From a virus (Duplodnaviria; Heunggongvirae; Uroviricota; Caudoviricetes), in IMG/VR virus record IMGVR_UViG_3300012933_000388, positions 1 to 64,000 of that record: a stretch of 64,000 bases of DNA, one strand, 5' to 3'. Of the stretch, positions 1 through 8,505 are shown one piece after another. Position 1 is the stretch's first letter; each line of letters begins with the position of its first letter. Below the pieces are notes generated by a model. That model was not told where the DNA came from, did no database searches, and was given only the letters and a program-made list of their open reading frames with translations. Position numbers and translations under genes: made by a program.

Positions 1-1
1 G

Positions 2-622
2 TGCCGTGGTAACTTCCCTTCATTGATTCCTAAGACTGATCAAGAGCGTGTGCAGAACTTGAAGAAGGAAATTGTATCAGCTCAGAATGATGTGTTCGAA
101 GTCACTGAAAAGATGGAAGGTTCTTCAATGACTGTCTACCAGATGGTCGTTGATGGTGAAATGACATTCGGTGTTTGCTCACGTAACATGGATCTGAAAG
201 AAACACAAGGTAATGCTTTCTGGGATACTGCTCGCAAAGATGACATCGAAGCTAAGATGAAAGCCGTCGATGAGTTCTGGTCATTCGCTATTCAAGGTGA
301 GTTGATTGGTCCTGGCGTTCAAGGTAACATCTATGGTTTGAAAGAACCAATGTTTGTTGTGTTCGATGTATATGACATTCAAGCGGGCGAATACATCCCA
401 CCAGATGCTCGACGTGAGTTGATTGATAATATGGGGTTGAACCATGTGCCAGTGTTGAACGAGCGTTACACTTTGACTCAAACTGTTGATGAGATCCTCG
501 CTTCTGCTGAGGGTCAATCGACCTTCGCTAAAGTGGAACGTGAAGGTATCGTGTTCAAACAAGCGATGGGCGGGTTCTCGTTCAAAGCGATTTCGAACAA
601 GTACCTCCTAGGTGAAAAGTAA
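2..622 (+). CDS. ATP-dependent RNA ligase (PF09414/DRB0094-like); 5' end outside window
   Basis: Frame is open to the window edge. Motif I lysine in EKMEGSS, GELIGPGVQGN, motif IV-like EGIVFK, and C-terminal FKAISNKYLL typical of this ligase family. Confidence 0.65.
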   Translation, partial: CRGNFPSLIPKTDQERVQNLKKEIVSAQNDVFEVTEKMEGSSMTVYQMVVDGEMTFGVCSRNMDLKETQGNAFWDTARKDDIEAKMKAVDEFWSFAIQGELIGPGVQGNIYGLKEPMFVVFDVYDIQAGEYIPPDARRELIDNMGLNHVPVLNERYTLTQTVDEILASAEGQSTFAKVEREGIVFKQAMGGFSFKAISNKYLLGEK

Positions 623-623
623 T

Positions 624-1013
624 ATGAATAGCCGAATAGAAGAACTGGCTAATGATTCGTTTGCATATGCGCAGACGCGTCATAGTCAGCATTCACCTGA
701 ACTAATTCGCACATTCACATCGAAGTTTGCTGAGCTTTTGATCCGCGACGTAATGGAAACACGGAACATGGGCGAGAGCGACCGCGAGCATCTTTGTTCG
801 TACTATGGTCTTGAGTATAAGCCAGTCATGATGAAGCATCCGGAGTATGGGGATCTATATCAGTTGGATGAATGGGACGAGGCAGTAAACGCTGGTTATT
901 TCAATTCAGATGATGGCTCAGGATATTGGGCAACGAAGACAGAATATGCATACGTCTCTTGCTGGGACGAATGCCCAGAATGGGCAACTCACATATTGTG
1001 GTTCAACAAGTAA
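624..1013 (+). CDS. hypothetical protein, FAELLxxEC paralog family member
   Basis: ATG 624 preceded by AGGTGAAAAG. RIEELA...TSKFAELLIRD motif is shared with other ORFs in the window. Confidence 0.6.
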   Translation: MNSRIEELANDSFAYAQTRHSQHSPELIRTFTSKFAELLIRDVMETRNMGESDREHLCSYYGLEYKPVMMKHPEYGDLYQLDEWDEAVNAGYFNSDDGSGYWATKTEYAYVSCWDECPEWATHILWFNK

Positions 1014-1030
1014 CTATTTTCTCCCCTTTT

Positions 1031-1058
1031 GCGCCCGCTTGTCGGGCGTTCTTTTTTT
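1031..1058 (+). terminator. rho-independent terminator
   Basis: GCCCG-cttgt-CGGGC hairpin followed by gttcttttttt. Confidence 0.6.
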
Positions 1059-1068
1059 GGTGTATAAT
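1039..1068 (+). promoter_or_regulatory. sigma70-type promoter, candidate leaderless (TATAAT-N6-ATG)
   Basis: TTGTCG-N18-TATAAT (1063-1068). The ATG of the Toprim gene starts 6 nt after the -10 and no SD is present. Confidence 0.45.
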
Positions 1069-1074
1069 ACTTGT

Positions 1075-1599
1075 ATGGAAACACTAGCACAACACATGAA
1101 GACACGTCACATGGACGTCAATCTCCACCACCCAGTATTGGATGAAGTGGAACGTGTTGCTACGTTCTATCTTTGGAACCTCAGTGGGCAGTTAGTTGGC
1201 TACCAACAATACAGGCCAGAAGGCGAGAAGAAGCCAAACAACAACCCACGAGAAGGTAAGTATTACACATACAGAAAGCAGCCTACGGTTGTTGTATGGG
1301 GTGTAGAATCGCTTCACCTTACACCGCATGTTGTATTCCTGACCGAGGGTGTGTTCGACGCTGCTAGGCTGACAGAACGTGGTGTTAGTGCACTTGCAAT
1401 CCTCAGTTGTAACACAGGCTGGGACTTACGCAACTGGTTAAGCATGCTCAATCGAAAGGTTGTTGCTGTTTGTGATGGCGATAAGGCAGGCGCGCAGCTT
1501 GCCAAGTTTGGTAATGTCAGTCTTTGTATGCTTGGGGGTAAAGACCTTGGAGATGCTGATGATGCGACTGTTGATATGCTAGTGAGGGAGTTTGTGTAA
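1075..1599 (+). CDS. Toprim domain protein (primase/topoisomerase-type fold)
   Basis: Conserved Glu in FLTEGVFDA and DxD in VCDGDKAG, then GGKDLGD. The longer ORF from 910 crosses the terminator, so ATG 1075 is preferred. Confidence 0.65.
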   Translation: METLAQHMKTRHMDVNLHHPVLDEVERVATFYLWNLSGQLVGYQQYRPEGEKKPNNNPREGKYYTYRKQPTVVVWGVESLHLTPHVVFLTEGVFDAARLTERGVSALAILSCNTGWDLRNWLSMLNRKVVAVCDGDKAGAQLAKFGNVSLCMLGGKDLGDADDATVDMLVREFV

Positions 1600-2210
1600 T
1601 GCCAGCCGTGCACCTATCAGGTCAACACAACGTAACATTCGTCCACATTCCTAAGTCTGCTGGTACTAGTGTAGGCAACTGGATAGTGGATCATGCTGAC
1701 GAGAGTGCTGTAATGTTGTGGTGGAATCATCCAACACTCGCTCAGATGAGACGTACTTGCAGTACCAACTTTTCAATTGCGGTGGTGAGGAATCCATGGG
1801 ACAGACTTGTTAGCATGTATCATTATGCTCAGTTTGGCACAAGTCCTCATCCAGCTATCGACTCTGATATGATTCACGAGATGTTTATCAGAGCAAACAA
1901 CTATAAGGTTTGGCCAACGTTCGATGAGTGGGTGTCCAACCTACCTTCATTCTACACTACACCAAACCAACAGGGCATGGATATGTCGCAGATGTATTGG
2001 ATTGGGGATGGAGTCGACTTGGTGATCAAGATGGAGACCATCGAACAGCAGTTTGAGGTGGTACAGGAAATGTTTAAGTGTGGTGATCCACTACCAAAGC
2101 AGAATACAACCAACCATGGTCATTATAGCAAATACTATGATGCTCGAACGAGAGATCTAGTTGCGAGATGGTTTAAGCGTGACATCGAAGCATGGCACTA
2201 TGAGTTTTAA
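1599..2210 (+). CDS. sulfotransferase family protein
   Basis: PAPS-binding 5'-PSB-like FVHIPKSAGTS and 3'-PB-like VRNPWDRLVSMY motifs. ATG overlaps the upstream stop. Confidence 0.65.
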   Translation: MPAVHLSGQHNVTFVHIPKSAGTSVGNWIVDHADESAVMLWWNHPTLAQMRRTCSTNFSIAVVRNPWDRLVSMYHYAQFGTSPHPAIDSDMIHEMFIRANNYKVWPTFDEWVSNLPSFYTTPNQQGMDMSQMYWIGDGVDLVIKMETIEQQFEVVQEMFKCGDPLPKQNTTNHGHYSKYYDARTRDLVARWFKRDIEAWHYEF

Positions 2211-2223
2211 TTAGGAGACAGAT

Positions 2224-2661
2224 ATGACAAGTATGATTTTAGTTCGTGGATTGCCAGGCTCTGGTAAGTCTACTGTTGCGAAGACTTTGATTGGTTTCTA
2301 CATGCACGTGGAAGCGGATATGTTCTGGATCAACGACTGTGGCGAATATGACTTCGATATCAAACGAATCGGAGAAGCACATTCGTGGTGTCAGAACCGA
2401 GTGTATGAGTTGATGGCTGCTGGGTTTAGTGTTGTTGTGTCTAATACATTCACAACATTGAAAGAGATGGCACCATACTTTGAAATGGCCCGCGACTTTG
2501 ATTGTGTTCCACAGATCATTGCCTGCCAAGGACAATATGGTAGCATCCATGGTGTGCCTGATGAGGCAATTACAAGAATGCGAGATCGATTTGTTTGGGA
2601 CGTGTCGCCATTGTATGATCTTGAATCAGCTTTTTGGCAAGATCGTACCTTGCAGCCTTAG
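2224..2661 (+). CDS. P-loop kinase (AAA_33 / polynucleotide-kinase-like)
   Basis: Walker A GLPGSGKST at the N-terminus, EAD Walker-B-like motif, size and layout of small nucleotide/polynucleotide kinases. RBS AGGAGA. Confidence 0.6.
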   Translation: MTSMILVRGLPGSGKSTVAKTLIGFYMHVEADMFWINDCGEYDFDIKRIGEAHSWCQNRVYELMAAGFSVVVSNTFTTLKEMAPYFEMARDFDCVPQIIACQGQYGSIHGVPDEAITRMRDRFVWDVSPLYDLESAFWQDRTLQP

Positions 2662-3277
2662 ACTTCGACCCGAGTACAACAATAATGTGCTCGGGAGTAG
2701 TCATAGCAACACACCAACCAGCTGCATTAGTGAACCCAGTCTTTGACACAGTAACATGGGTAAACTGAGTTAACAGATTATAGTTGGTATTTTGAAGGAG
2801 GGTTAGATGAGCCCTCTTTCCTTTTGGCATAACGGTTTGTACTGTAGGATGAGACGCAGCTCGTATCTCATCAAACTTCATCGCATATGCAATTAGCAGA
2901 GCAACATCCTCAGCAGTCGATATATTCATGCCGAGGCCAGATGGATCAATGAACCTAGTATTGGACATACCAAGCTGTCGAGCTCTAAAGTTCATAGCCT
3001 GGATGAATTTATCGCGACCATATGTTGCTGCGATCGCCTCAGCGGACTTATTATTGCTTTGCACTAGCATGGTGTCGATCAGGTAACGATCGTCGACTCC
3101 CAACTCCAAAGCAACAATTGCCGTCATCAGCTTAGTGATGCTAGCTAGTGGTCTTTGTTGGGATGAATCTTGTTCTACTACTACTTTGTTGTGTCGTATG
3201 TCATATACGAGAATCGATTCCTTGGCTTGCAAGGCTGTAGCGAAAAACAATGAGAAGATGATTAGAAGTCTTTTCAT
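2570..3277 (-). CDS. secreted D-alanyl-D-alanine carboxypeptidase/endopeptidase (peptidase S11, low-MW PBP)
   Basis: Signal peptide MKRLLIIFSLFFATALQA. SxxK (SITK), SxN (SNN) and KTG (SKTGFT) active-site triad. Confidence 0.8.
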   Translation of the reverse strand: MKRLLIIFSLFFATALQAKESILVYDIRHNKVVVEQDSSQQRPLASITKLMTAIVALELGVDDRYLIDTMLVQSNNKSAEAIAATYGRDKFIQAMNFRARQLGMSNTRFIDPSGLGMNISTAEDVALLIAYAMKFDEIRAASHPTVQTVMPKGKRAHLTLLQNTNYNLLTQFTHVTVSKTGFTNAAGWCVAMTTPEHIIVVLGSKSKAARYDLAKKLIQDHTMATRPKQIDLAFL

Positions 3278-3392
3278 AATTAGTGCCCCGTTTATGTCCT
3301 CCCACCTGGCGTAGTGGGATGTAGTAGGACGGGGCCACTCCTTTGTACACCTATCGTAAGTTTAACGGTCCTAAGGTAGGTGTGTTCTTTAG

Positions 3393-3755
3393 TTACCAGG
3401 CCTTGCAGGACCAGTAACGTGCTTTATCTTTTGGACCAGGGTTGTCACAATTGTGACGAGCTCTGAATGAAGAACGACGTGCAGGAATATTCTTCTTGAT
3501 CGTCATGTTCTTATCGCCGAAGTTTACTTTCTTAGCCTTGCCATCACCATCAGGATCGACGTAGACTTTAGACTTCTTAACATCGCCAGCCATTGGCTTG
3601 TTGAGAGGAACCTTCTTACCTTGGTAAGTCGCTTCATCGATTTCAGATTCTTCCTTAACGCAAGAATCTTCAGCGCATGGCTTTGTTCCAGCCTTACGCT
3701 TATACCCCTTCCAACAGGTACAATTCTCACTGATAAAGTATTTGAAAGACAACAT
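3393..3755 (-). CDS. conserved hypothetical Lys/Cys-rich protein
   Basis: RBS AAGGAA upstream of the ATG. C-terminal RRSSFRARHNCDNPGPKDKARYWSCKAW resembles a recurrent phage family I cannot name. Confidence 0.55.
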   Translation of the reverse strand: MLSFKYFISENCTCWKGYKRKAGTKPCAEDSCVKEESEIDEATYQGKKVPLNKPMAGDVKKSKVYVDPDGDGKAKKVNFGDKNMTIKKNIPARRSSFRARHNCDNPGPKDKARYWSCKAW

Positions 3756-3773
3756 CGATTATTCCTTTTTGAG

Positions 3774-3783
3774 TTTATTTATC
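3774..3783 (-). promoter_or_regulatory. T4-late-promoter-like motif GATAAATAAA
   Basis: Minus-strand GATAAATA lies 20 nt upstream of ATG 3755 with an intervening SD. Compare T4 late consensus TATAAATA. Confidence 0.3.
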
Positions 3784-3784
3784 G

Positions 3785-6700
3785 TCATGCGCCACGCAAC
3801 ATACAACCGTTGAACCAAGTAATAGCTGAGTTATTAACTGCCGTAACAGTTACGTTCCCGCCCGAACCTTGCTGAACGTATATTTCAAAGTAATCACCAG
3901 TGCCGTTTGCATACACCAATGAGCTTACTTGCATTGCCCAGAAGTTGGTAGCAATTTGCGCTCCTCTCTGGTTTATGCCACGCTTGTATTCTGTACCGTT
4001 TTTGTAAAGAATAATCATTATTTCGCCAGTGCCACTGGCACCATCTAGTCGAACTTCTGCATTCAATTGATAATAGCCTTCAACCGTAGGGGTGAATCTC
4101 GAGCTAGCGTAATTATTATTGGTGTCAAACTCTTCTACTTGAAATAGGACCTTGGTCTGAACATCAGTTGGAATTGTTTGGAGTGTGTTGTTTGCATATG
4201 CGGAGAATGCAGGACCATTGACTGCTTGCTTACCACCGACGGTGATCGGGCCTGGAACATTTAGCGCGCCCGTATCAGATAAAGAAAATATTGTTGCACT
4301 ATACGCACTGTTAATAATTTCTATTCCACCAACACTATTCAATCGGAACGATTTAGTGTTTGCGGTTGCACCAGCAGTTTTATTTGTGACCTTTAAGAAG
4401 TCAGCATACCCAGTACCGCCTTGCGTATTGGAAGCATTAACAATTAATGGATAACCGGTTGGAGTTGCACCAGCATATGTCAATGTTAAAGTATTGCTGT
4501 TGACGTTGACGGCAGAGATAGCACCGACGAAGCTAATGTTGTTTGAAGTGAGTGACGCAACACCATTAGCATATGCATACTGATTGGCAGCAATGCCGCT
4601 AAGGTATAGTGCGTTGTTAGCAGTGCCGGATATGTTGTCTGGTATCACGATCCCTGACACTTGCTCAACGTTAACAATAACTGCTGGTGTACCAGGTACT
4701 GTTGGTGTTGTACCGGCTGCATATGAAACCAATTTCACATGGCCGCCTTCGGATGAGTGCATCACCTGAACTCTATCACCAGCGTTGACAGTCACCATGA
4801 ACGGAGTAACAGCAATCAAGCTTCCAGGATCCTGACCAGTGTTCTTTCTATTGACTGAAAATCTACTATTAGTGTTTGTTTGATCGGTGCCGTTGATTCG
4901 AATCCACACATTGACGTCGTCGTCGGAATTACCATTATTTTCATACTGGTTGCTATATTCAATGTGGTATGTACCGCTATGTGCAAAGACTATATCGTTG
5001 TTGCTACCGACCGTTACGCCGTTTGTTCCATCATATGATGCAGTAATAGGAACGACGTATGCGTTGGTTGTATTAGATAACGCAACGTTAGCGCCGTTAT
5101 AGTAGAACGCCCCAAAGTATCCAGTAGTGAAGTTGTTAGATGTTCCGTTCTGGTTAATCCACTGGCTAAGCGCAGTGTTGTATGTCAACACTTGATTGTT
5201 CAACGGACCAGTAATAGTAACATCAGTCAGACTATCGATCGTAGTTGGAATCGTTGGCTTATTCTTAATGAAGTCAATCGCTAATGTATTCGATTGATTC
5301 CAATCAGTTTGAATCTGAGATGCAGTGGCATTAGTCCAATATACTCCTGTACCATTGGAGGCTAACACTTGGCCAGCAGATCCTTTAGCATTGTTTGCTG
5401 TAATCGATACAAGGGTTGCGTTGTTGGTATTAATGCCTGTTGAGTCGATAGTTGCTGTAGTGATTAGTGTATTGCTACCTACAGGCGTTGTTTGGAATGT
5501 TATCTTTGTGCCTGTATTGGCAGTATAGAAGTCTTCAGCAGCGTTCAAGTTGATACGAACAATACTACCTACGTACGTGTTGCTACCTGCCGCCCACCCT
5601 TGAGCTGTCAGACGCAACAAAGTATCGCCCGACAGCGTTGGTAGCGGTGAAGCTGCTGTTCCTCGAGCAGCCCTACCAGCAACAGATGCATATGCACCAG
5701 CACCATATGCATCAAAACCAATACGTGCTGGCTGCCCATCTTGCGCAACCGCTTGGATTAACGATCCAGAGAAGTTGCGAGGTTGAATGTCTCCTGTACT
5801 GGATCCGACTATTGTTAATGCCGCCTGTGATGTTAGTAGTGTTGCTGGAGTGTTGATAGTTACCAGACCCTCACGAGTTACACCGAATGTTTGGTTGCCA
5901 GTATCATAGCTGTTTACTACAATCGGGCGGTTGATGACAAGATTGCCAGTCCCTAATGTCGCTCCAATATAAAACGTTGCTTCTGTATTAGTTAACTGTA
6001 TGTAATTGTTTTGCAATAAAAAGTTACCAACACGAAGACCGCCATTAGATTGTTGTGTTGTATTTGCAATCGCAATATAGAATATACCATTAGCAAGTGT
6101 TAACTTTTGATCTGGAAACCCTGTCGTCTGATCTGCAAATGTAACAGAATTACCACCAACCCAAATGGACTCCCAGCGGTTGGTATTATTGCCGAGCGAG
6201 TATGTTAAGCTAGTATTCGGAATGATGGATGATGGAACGTGCAACCAGTCGACTGTTGTATTAGCGCTGATTACTTGATTACTAATTGTAATAGTTGTAC
6301 CGTCAATCTTTACACCACCCTTAGTGGTAGTAGAAGCAGTAGGGAGGACATAACCACCAGGGCCCCCGCCCGTTGGATCTTGTGCGGTCCACTTCTTGAT
6401 AGATTCATTATATGTAAGCACCTGGCCGTCTGTAGCACCAAGAACAGACGAACGAGCAACATCATCCAAGTCTCTTAACCATACTGCACCACCGCCTGGC
6501 CCGGTCATGGAAATCTTACCAACCCAACCTTCCAACAATTTCAACTTCTGTTGAATGTCCTTCAAGTCTCTACCAGTAACTTCTGGAGCAGGCTGGACGA
6601 ACATCGAAGGCGGTTGACCCTTCTTCTTAATTTTCTTAGCTGCCTCTTTGGCAAGTGATGGCTCTTCAATGGGCGCAAGGATCGCTTCCTCAATCACTTC

Positions 6701-7078
6701 TGGAATCTCAACAATACCTTCCAGGACATCCTCAACCTGTTGACCTTGGTCCGCATCCTCGGCGATAGTCACTTGTGGTTCGTCGGAAACTGCATTAGCC
6801 TTGATATCGTCAATCTTCGCGAGCACAGTCGCAAAACGATCTAACAGAGCCTGTTCTTCCGCGCTCTTTTGCTTTTCTTCAGCCATCAGCTTGCTAATCT
6901 GGCCAGAAAGGTCAGCGAACGTAGATTTGAAAACAGCCTTACGTTCTTCTTGTAAAGCAATCTGTTTCTTTTCTTTTTGTTCTTCAGCTATAATCTGGTC
7001 AAACACAGACTGTTCTGTCTCTACACCGAGACGTTCGTTCATTTTGACAATGAGGCGGAGTTCTTTTAGTTTATTCAT
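3785..7078 (-). CDS. long tail fibre protein
   Basis: 1097 aa. N-terminal coiled coil, Gly-rich hinge, STTTKGGVKIDG fibre repeat, long Asn/Thr/Gly-rich beta region, and two C1q/TNF-like jelly-roll-like segments at the C-terminus. Confidence 0.75.
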   Translation of the reverse strand: MNKLKELRLIVKMNERLGVETEQSVFDQIIAEEQKEKKQIALQEERKAVFKSTFADLSGQISKLMAEEKQKSAEEQALLDRFATVLAKIDDIKANAVSDEPQVTIAEDADQGQQVEDVLEGIVEIPEVIEEAILAPIEEPSLAKEAAKKIKKKGQPPSMFVQPAPEVTGRDLKDIQQKLKLLEGWVGKISMTGPGGGAVWLRDLDDVARSSVLGATDGQVLTYNESIKKWTAQDPTGGGPGGYVLPTASTTTKGGVKIDGTTITISNQVISANTTVDWLHVPSSIIPNTSLTYSLGNNTNRWESIWVGGNSVTFADQTTGFPDQKLTLANGIFYIAIANTTQQSNGGLRVGNFLLQNNYIQLTNTEATFYIGATLGTGNLVINRPIVVNSYDTGNQTFGVTREGLVTINTPATLLTSQAALTIVGSSTGDIQPRNFSGSLIQAVAQDGQPARIGFDAYGAGAYASVAGRAARGTAASPLPTLSGDTLLRLTAQGWAAGSNTYVGSIVRINLNAAEDFYTANTGTKITFQTTPVGSNTLITTATIDSTGINTNNATLVSITANNAKGSAGQVLASNGTGVYWTNATASQIQTDWNQSNTLAIDFIKNKPTIPTTIDSLTDVTITGPLNNQVLTYNTALSQWINQNGTSNNFTTGYFGAFYYNGANVALSNTTNAYVVPITASYDGTNGVTVGSNNDIVFAHSGTYHIEYSNQYENNGNSDDDVNVWIRINGTDQTNTNSRFSVNRKNTGQDPGSLIAVTPFMVTVNAGDRVQVMHSSEGGHVKLVSYAAGTTPTVPGTPAVIVNVEQVSGIVIPDNISGTANNALYLSGIAANQYAYANGVASLTSNNISFVGAISAVNVNSNTLTLTYAGATPTGYPLIVNASNTQGGTGYADFLKVTNKTAGATANTKSFRLNSVGGIEIINSAYSATIFSLSDTGALNVPGPITVGGKQAVNGPAFSAYANNTLQTIPTDVQTKVLFQVEEFDTNNNYASSRFTPTVEGYYQLNAEVRLDGASGTGEIMIILYKNGTEYKRGINQRGAQIATNFWAMQVSSLVYANGTGDYFEIYVQQGSGGNVTVTAVNNSAITWFNGCMLRGA

Positions 7079-7082
7079 GGAT

Positions 7083-7093
7083 AATATTTATCT
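7083..7093 (-). promoter_or_regulatory. late-promoter-like motif AGATAAATATT, N6 from ATG
   Basis: Minus-strand AGATAAATATT is identical to the motif at 51912-51922. GATAAATA ends 6 nt before the tail-fibre ATG and no SD is present. Confidence 0.35.
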
Positions 7094-7094
7094 G

Positions 7095-7123
7095 TTGCCA
7101 ATTCCGATTGGTCACTATACAAT
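7095..7123 (+). promoter_or_regulatory. sigma70-type promoter
   Basis: TTGCCA-N17-TACAAT, 30 nt upstream of ATG 7154 with AGAGG SD. Confidence 0.5.
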
Positions 7124-7153
7124 AGACGCCAACACACTTTCAAGAGGTATACA

Positions 7154-7519
7154 ATGTTTTTTGGTAAATCTGCACAATTGCAACACGCAGAGACGCGTAT
7201 TGATTACTTGTCAAAAACAATCGATGAGTTGAACGCTCAGATCAAACAGATGCGTGAAGATGCGGAGAAAGAAAAAGAATCCGATCTACAAACTTCCACA
7301 TTTGCGATCGACTTTAATATTATGCGTGCATTTGCAATTGAGCGTAATATACACAACGGCGTTGTTTGTACTATTGTTGGACACTTCATTTCGGAGCCAG
7401 TCGCATTTACCGATGGTAACGTTGCTGCTAAAGAAGTGACTCGTGAATGGTATATGTATTGCAGCCAAGAACAACACGAGAAGTTGGTTGCAGAATTTAA
7501 CGCATACAAAAAGAAATGA
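7154..7519 (+). CDS. hypothetical protein
   Basis: First plus-strand ORF after the divergent promoter. Coiled-coil-like N-terminus. Confidence 0.6.
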   Translation: MFFGKSAQLQHAETRIDYLSKTIDELNAQIKQMREDAEKEKESDLQTSTFAIDFNIMRAFAIERNIHNGVVCTIVGHFISEPVAFTDGNVAAKEVTREWYMYCSQEQHEKLVAEFNAYKKK

Positions 7520-7695
7520 TTGCTCGAGCATTACTGACCTTCTTGGTCTTATTTGCTGTCTTTTACTTTGGTATTAATGGTTGGCGCCACATGGCTGGCA
7601 AAGACCAATGGCAGTTGGTGAAATCCGTAACTTACAGTATAATCTGTTCAGTGCTTACAATTGTGGTGCTGACCTTCTTTGTAATTTTGTTCTAA
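7516..7695 (+). CDS. small membrane protein (59 aa, below ORF-track cutoff)
   Basis: ATGA overlap with the upstream stop. Two hydrophobic segments (LLTFLVLFAVFYFGI and IICSVLTIVVLTFFVILF). Confidence 0.45.
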   Translation: MIARALLTFLVLFAVFYFGINGWRHMAGKDQWQLVKSVTYSIICSVLTIVVLTFFVILF

Positions 7696-7703
7696 GGAAA
7701 AAT

Positions 7704-8495
7704 ATGAAACGCTTATTTGTAATGTTGATGGTAATTGGTGGCGCATTGCTCACTGGTTGTACCCGTATCGAGACTGGTACTGTTGGTTTGCGTGTCGATA
7801 TGTCACGACAGATCCAAGGTAATGAATTACAACCTGGTACATGGAACCAGACGTTGATCGGTAGTGTGCTTGAATTCCAAGTGCGATCGATTCCTACAGG
7901 TTGGGAAAACTTGACTCCACAAACCGCTGATAACTCTACACTGAAAGACTTTGACGTCAATATTGTGTATGAAGTTAATCCAGCATCTGTCTCTGAATTG
8001 TGGACTACACAATCACGAAGCTTCCACACATATGAGCATGGCGATTATATGCTGATGCGTAACTATATGTCTCAGGTATTGAGCTCTGCTGCAGCTAAAG
8101 CTGTTCGTAAGTACAAGGCATTGGAAGTTGCTGACAATCGTGAGAACATCGAAAAAGCAATCCACGACATCATGGTCAATATGTTGACTGAAGAAAAGCT
8201 CGAGAAAGCTCTTACTATTAGCCAGGTTCGTGTCACTAGTGCCACTCCTGCCGATGACATTGTAGCATCTGCTAACAACGCTGTCCGTGCTCAGAACGAT
8301 CTGAAGACCAAGCAAGTCGAAGTACAGATTGCTCAACAAGAAGCTATCCGTATCCAAACTTTGAACAGCAACTCACAAGCTATTCCATACATGAATGCAA
8401 TGGCTCAAATGGAAATTGCTAAAGCTATCCGTGAAGGTAAGGTCCACACAATTGTTGTACCTCTAGACTTCAAGGGTATTGTAAACGTCAAGTAA
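7704..8495 (+). CDS. SPFH/band-7 domain lipoprotein
   Basis: Lipobox MKRLFVMLMVIGGALLTGC. GTVGLRVD...PGTWNQ...TADNSTLKDFDVNIVYEV is the SPFH pattern. The ORF-track start 7581 was rejected because it overlaps the small ORF. Confidence 0.7.
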   Translation: MKRLFVMLMVIGGALLTGCTRIETGTVGLRVDMSRQIQGNELQPGTWNQTLIGSVLEFQVRSIPTGWENLTPQTADNSTLKDFDVNIVYEVNPASVSELWTTQSRSFHTYEHGDYMLMRNYMSQVLSSAAAKAVRKYKALEVADNRENIEKAIHDIMVNMLTEEKLEKALTISQVRVTSATPADDIVASANNAVRAQNDLKTKQVEVQIAQQEAIRIQTLNSNSQAIPYMNAMAQMEIAKAIREGKVHTIVVPLDFKGIVNVK

Positions 8496-8505
8496 GGAGT
8501 ATATT

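Noticed and set aside
910-1074. The N-terminal extension of the Toprim ORF (ORF-track start 910). The same question arises for extensions at 7581, 13669, 17448, 20017, 34642, 35243, 35493, 35765, 37209, 40257, 44288 and 44485.
   Set aside because: The extensions overlap the preceding gene, a terminator or a promoter cassette. Internal ATGs with SD or ATGA coupling give a consistent, non-overlapping gene array.
4185-6478. Multiple 60-90-aa plus-strand ORFs inside the tail-fibre gene, and similar ones inside the tape-measure gene (46797-49157).
   Set aside because: They are shadow ORFs within long, compositionally biased minus-strand structural genes. None has an SD.
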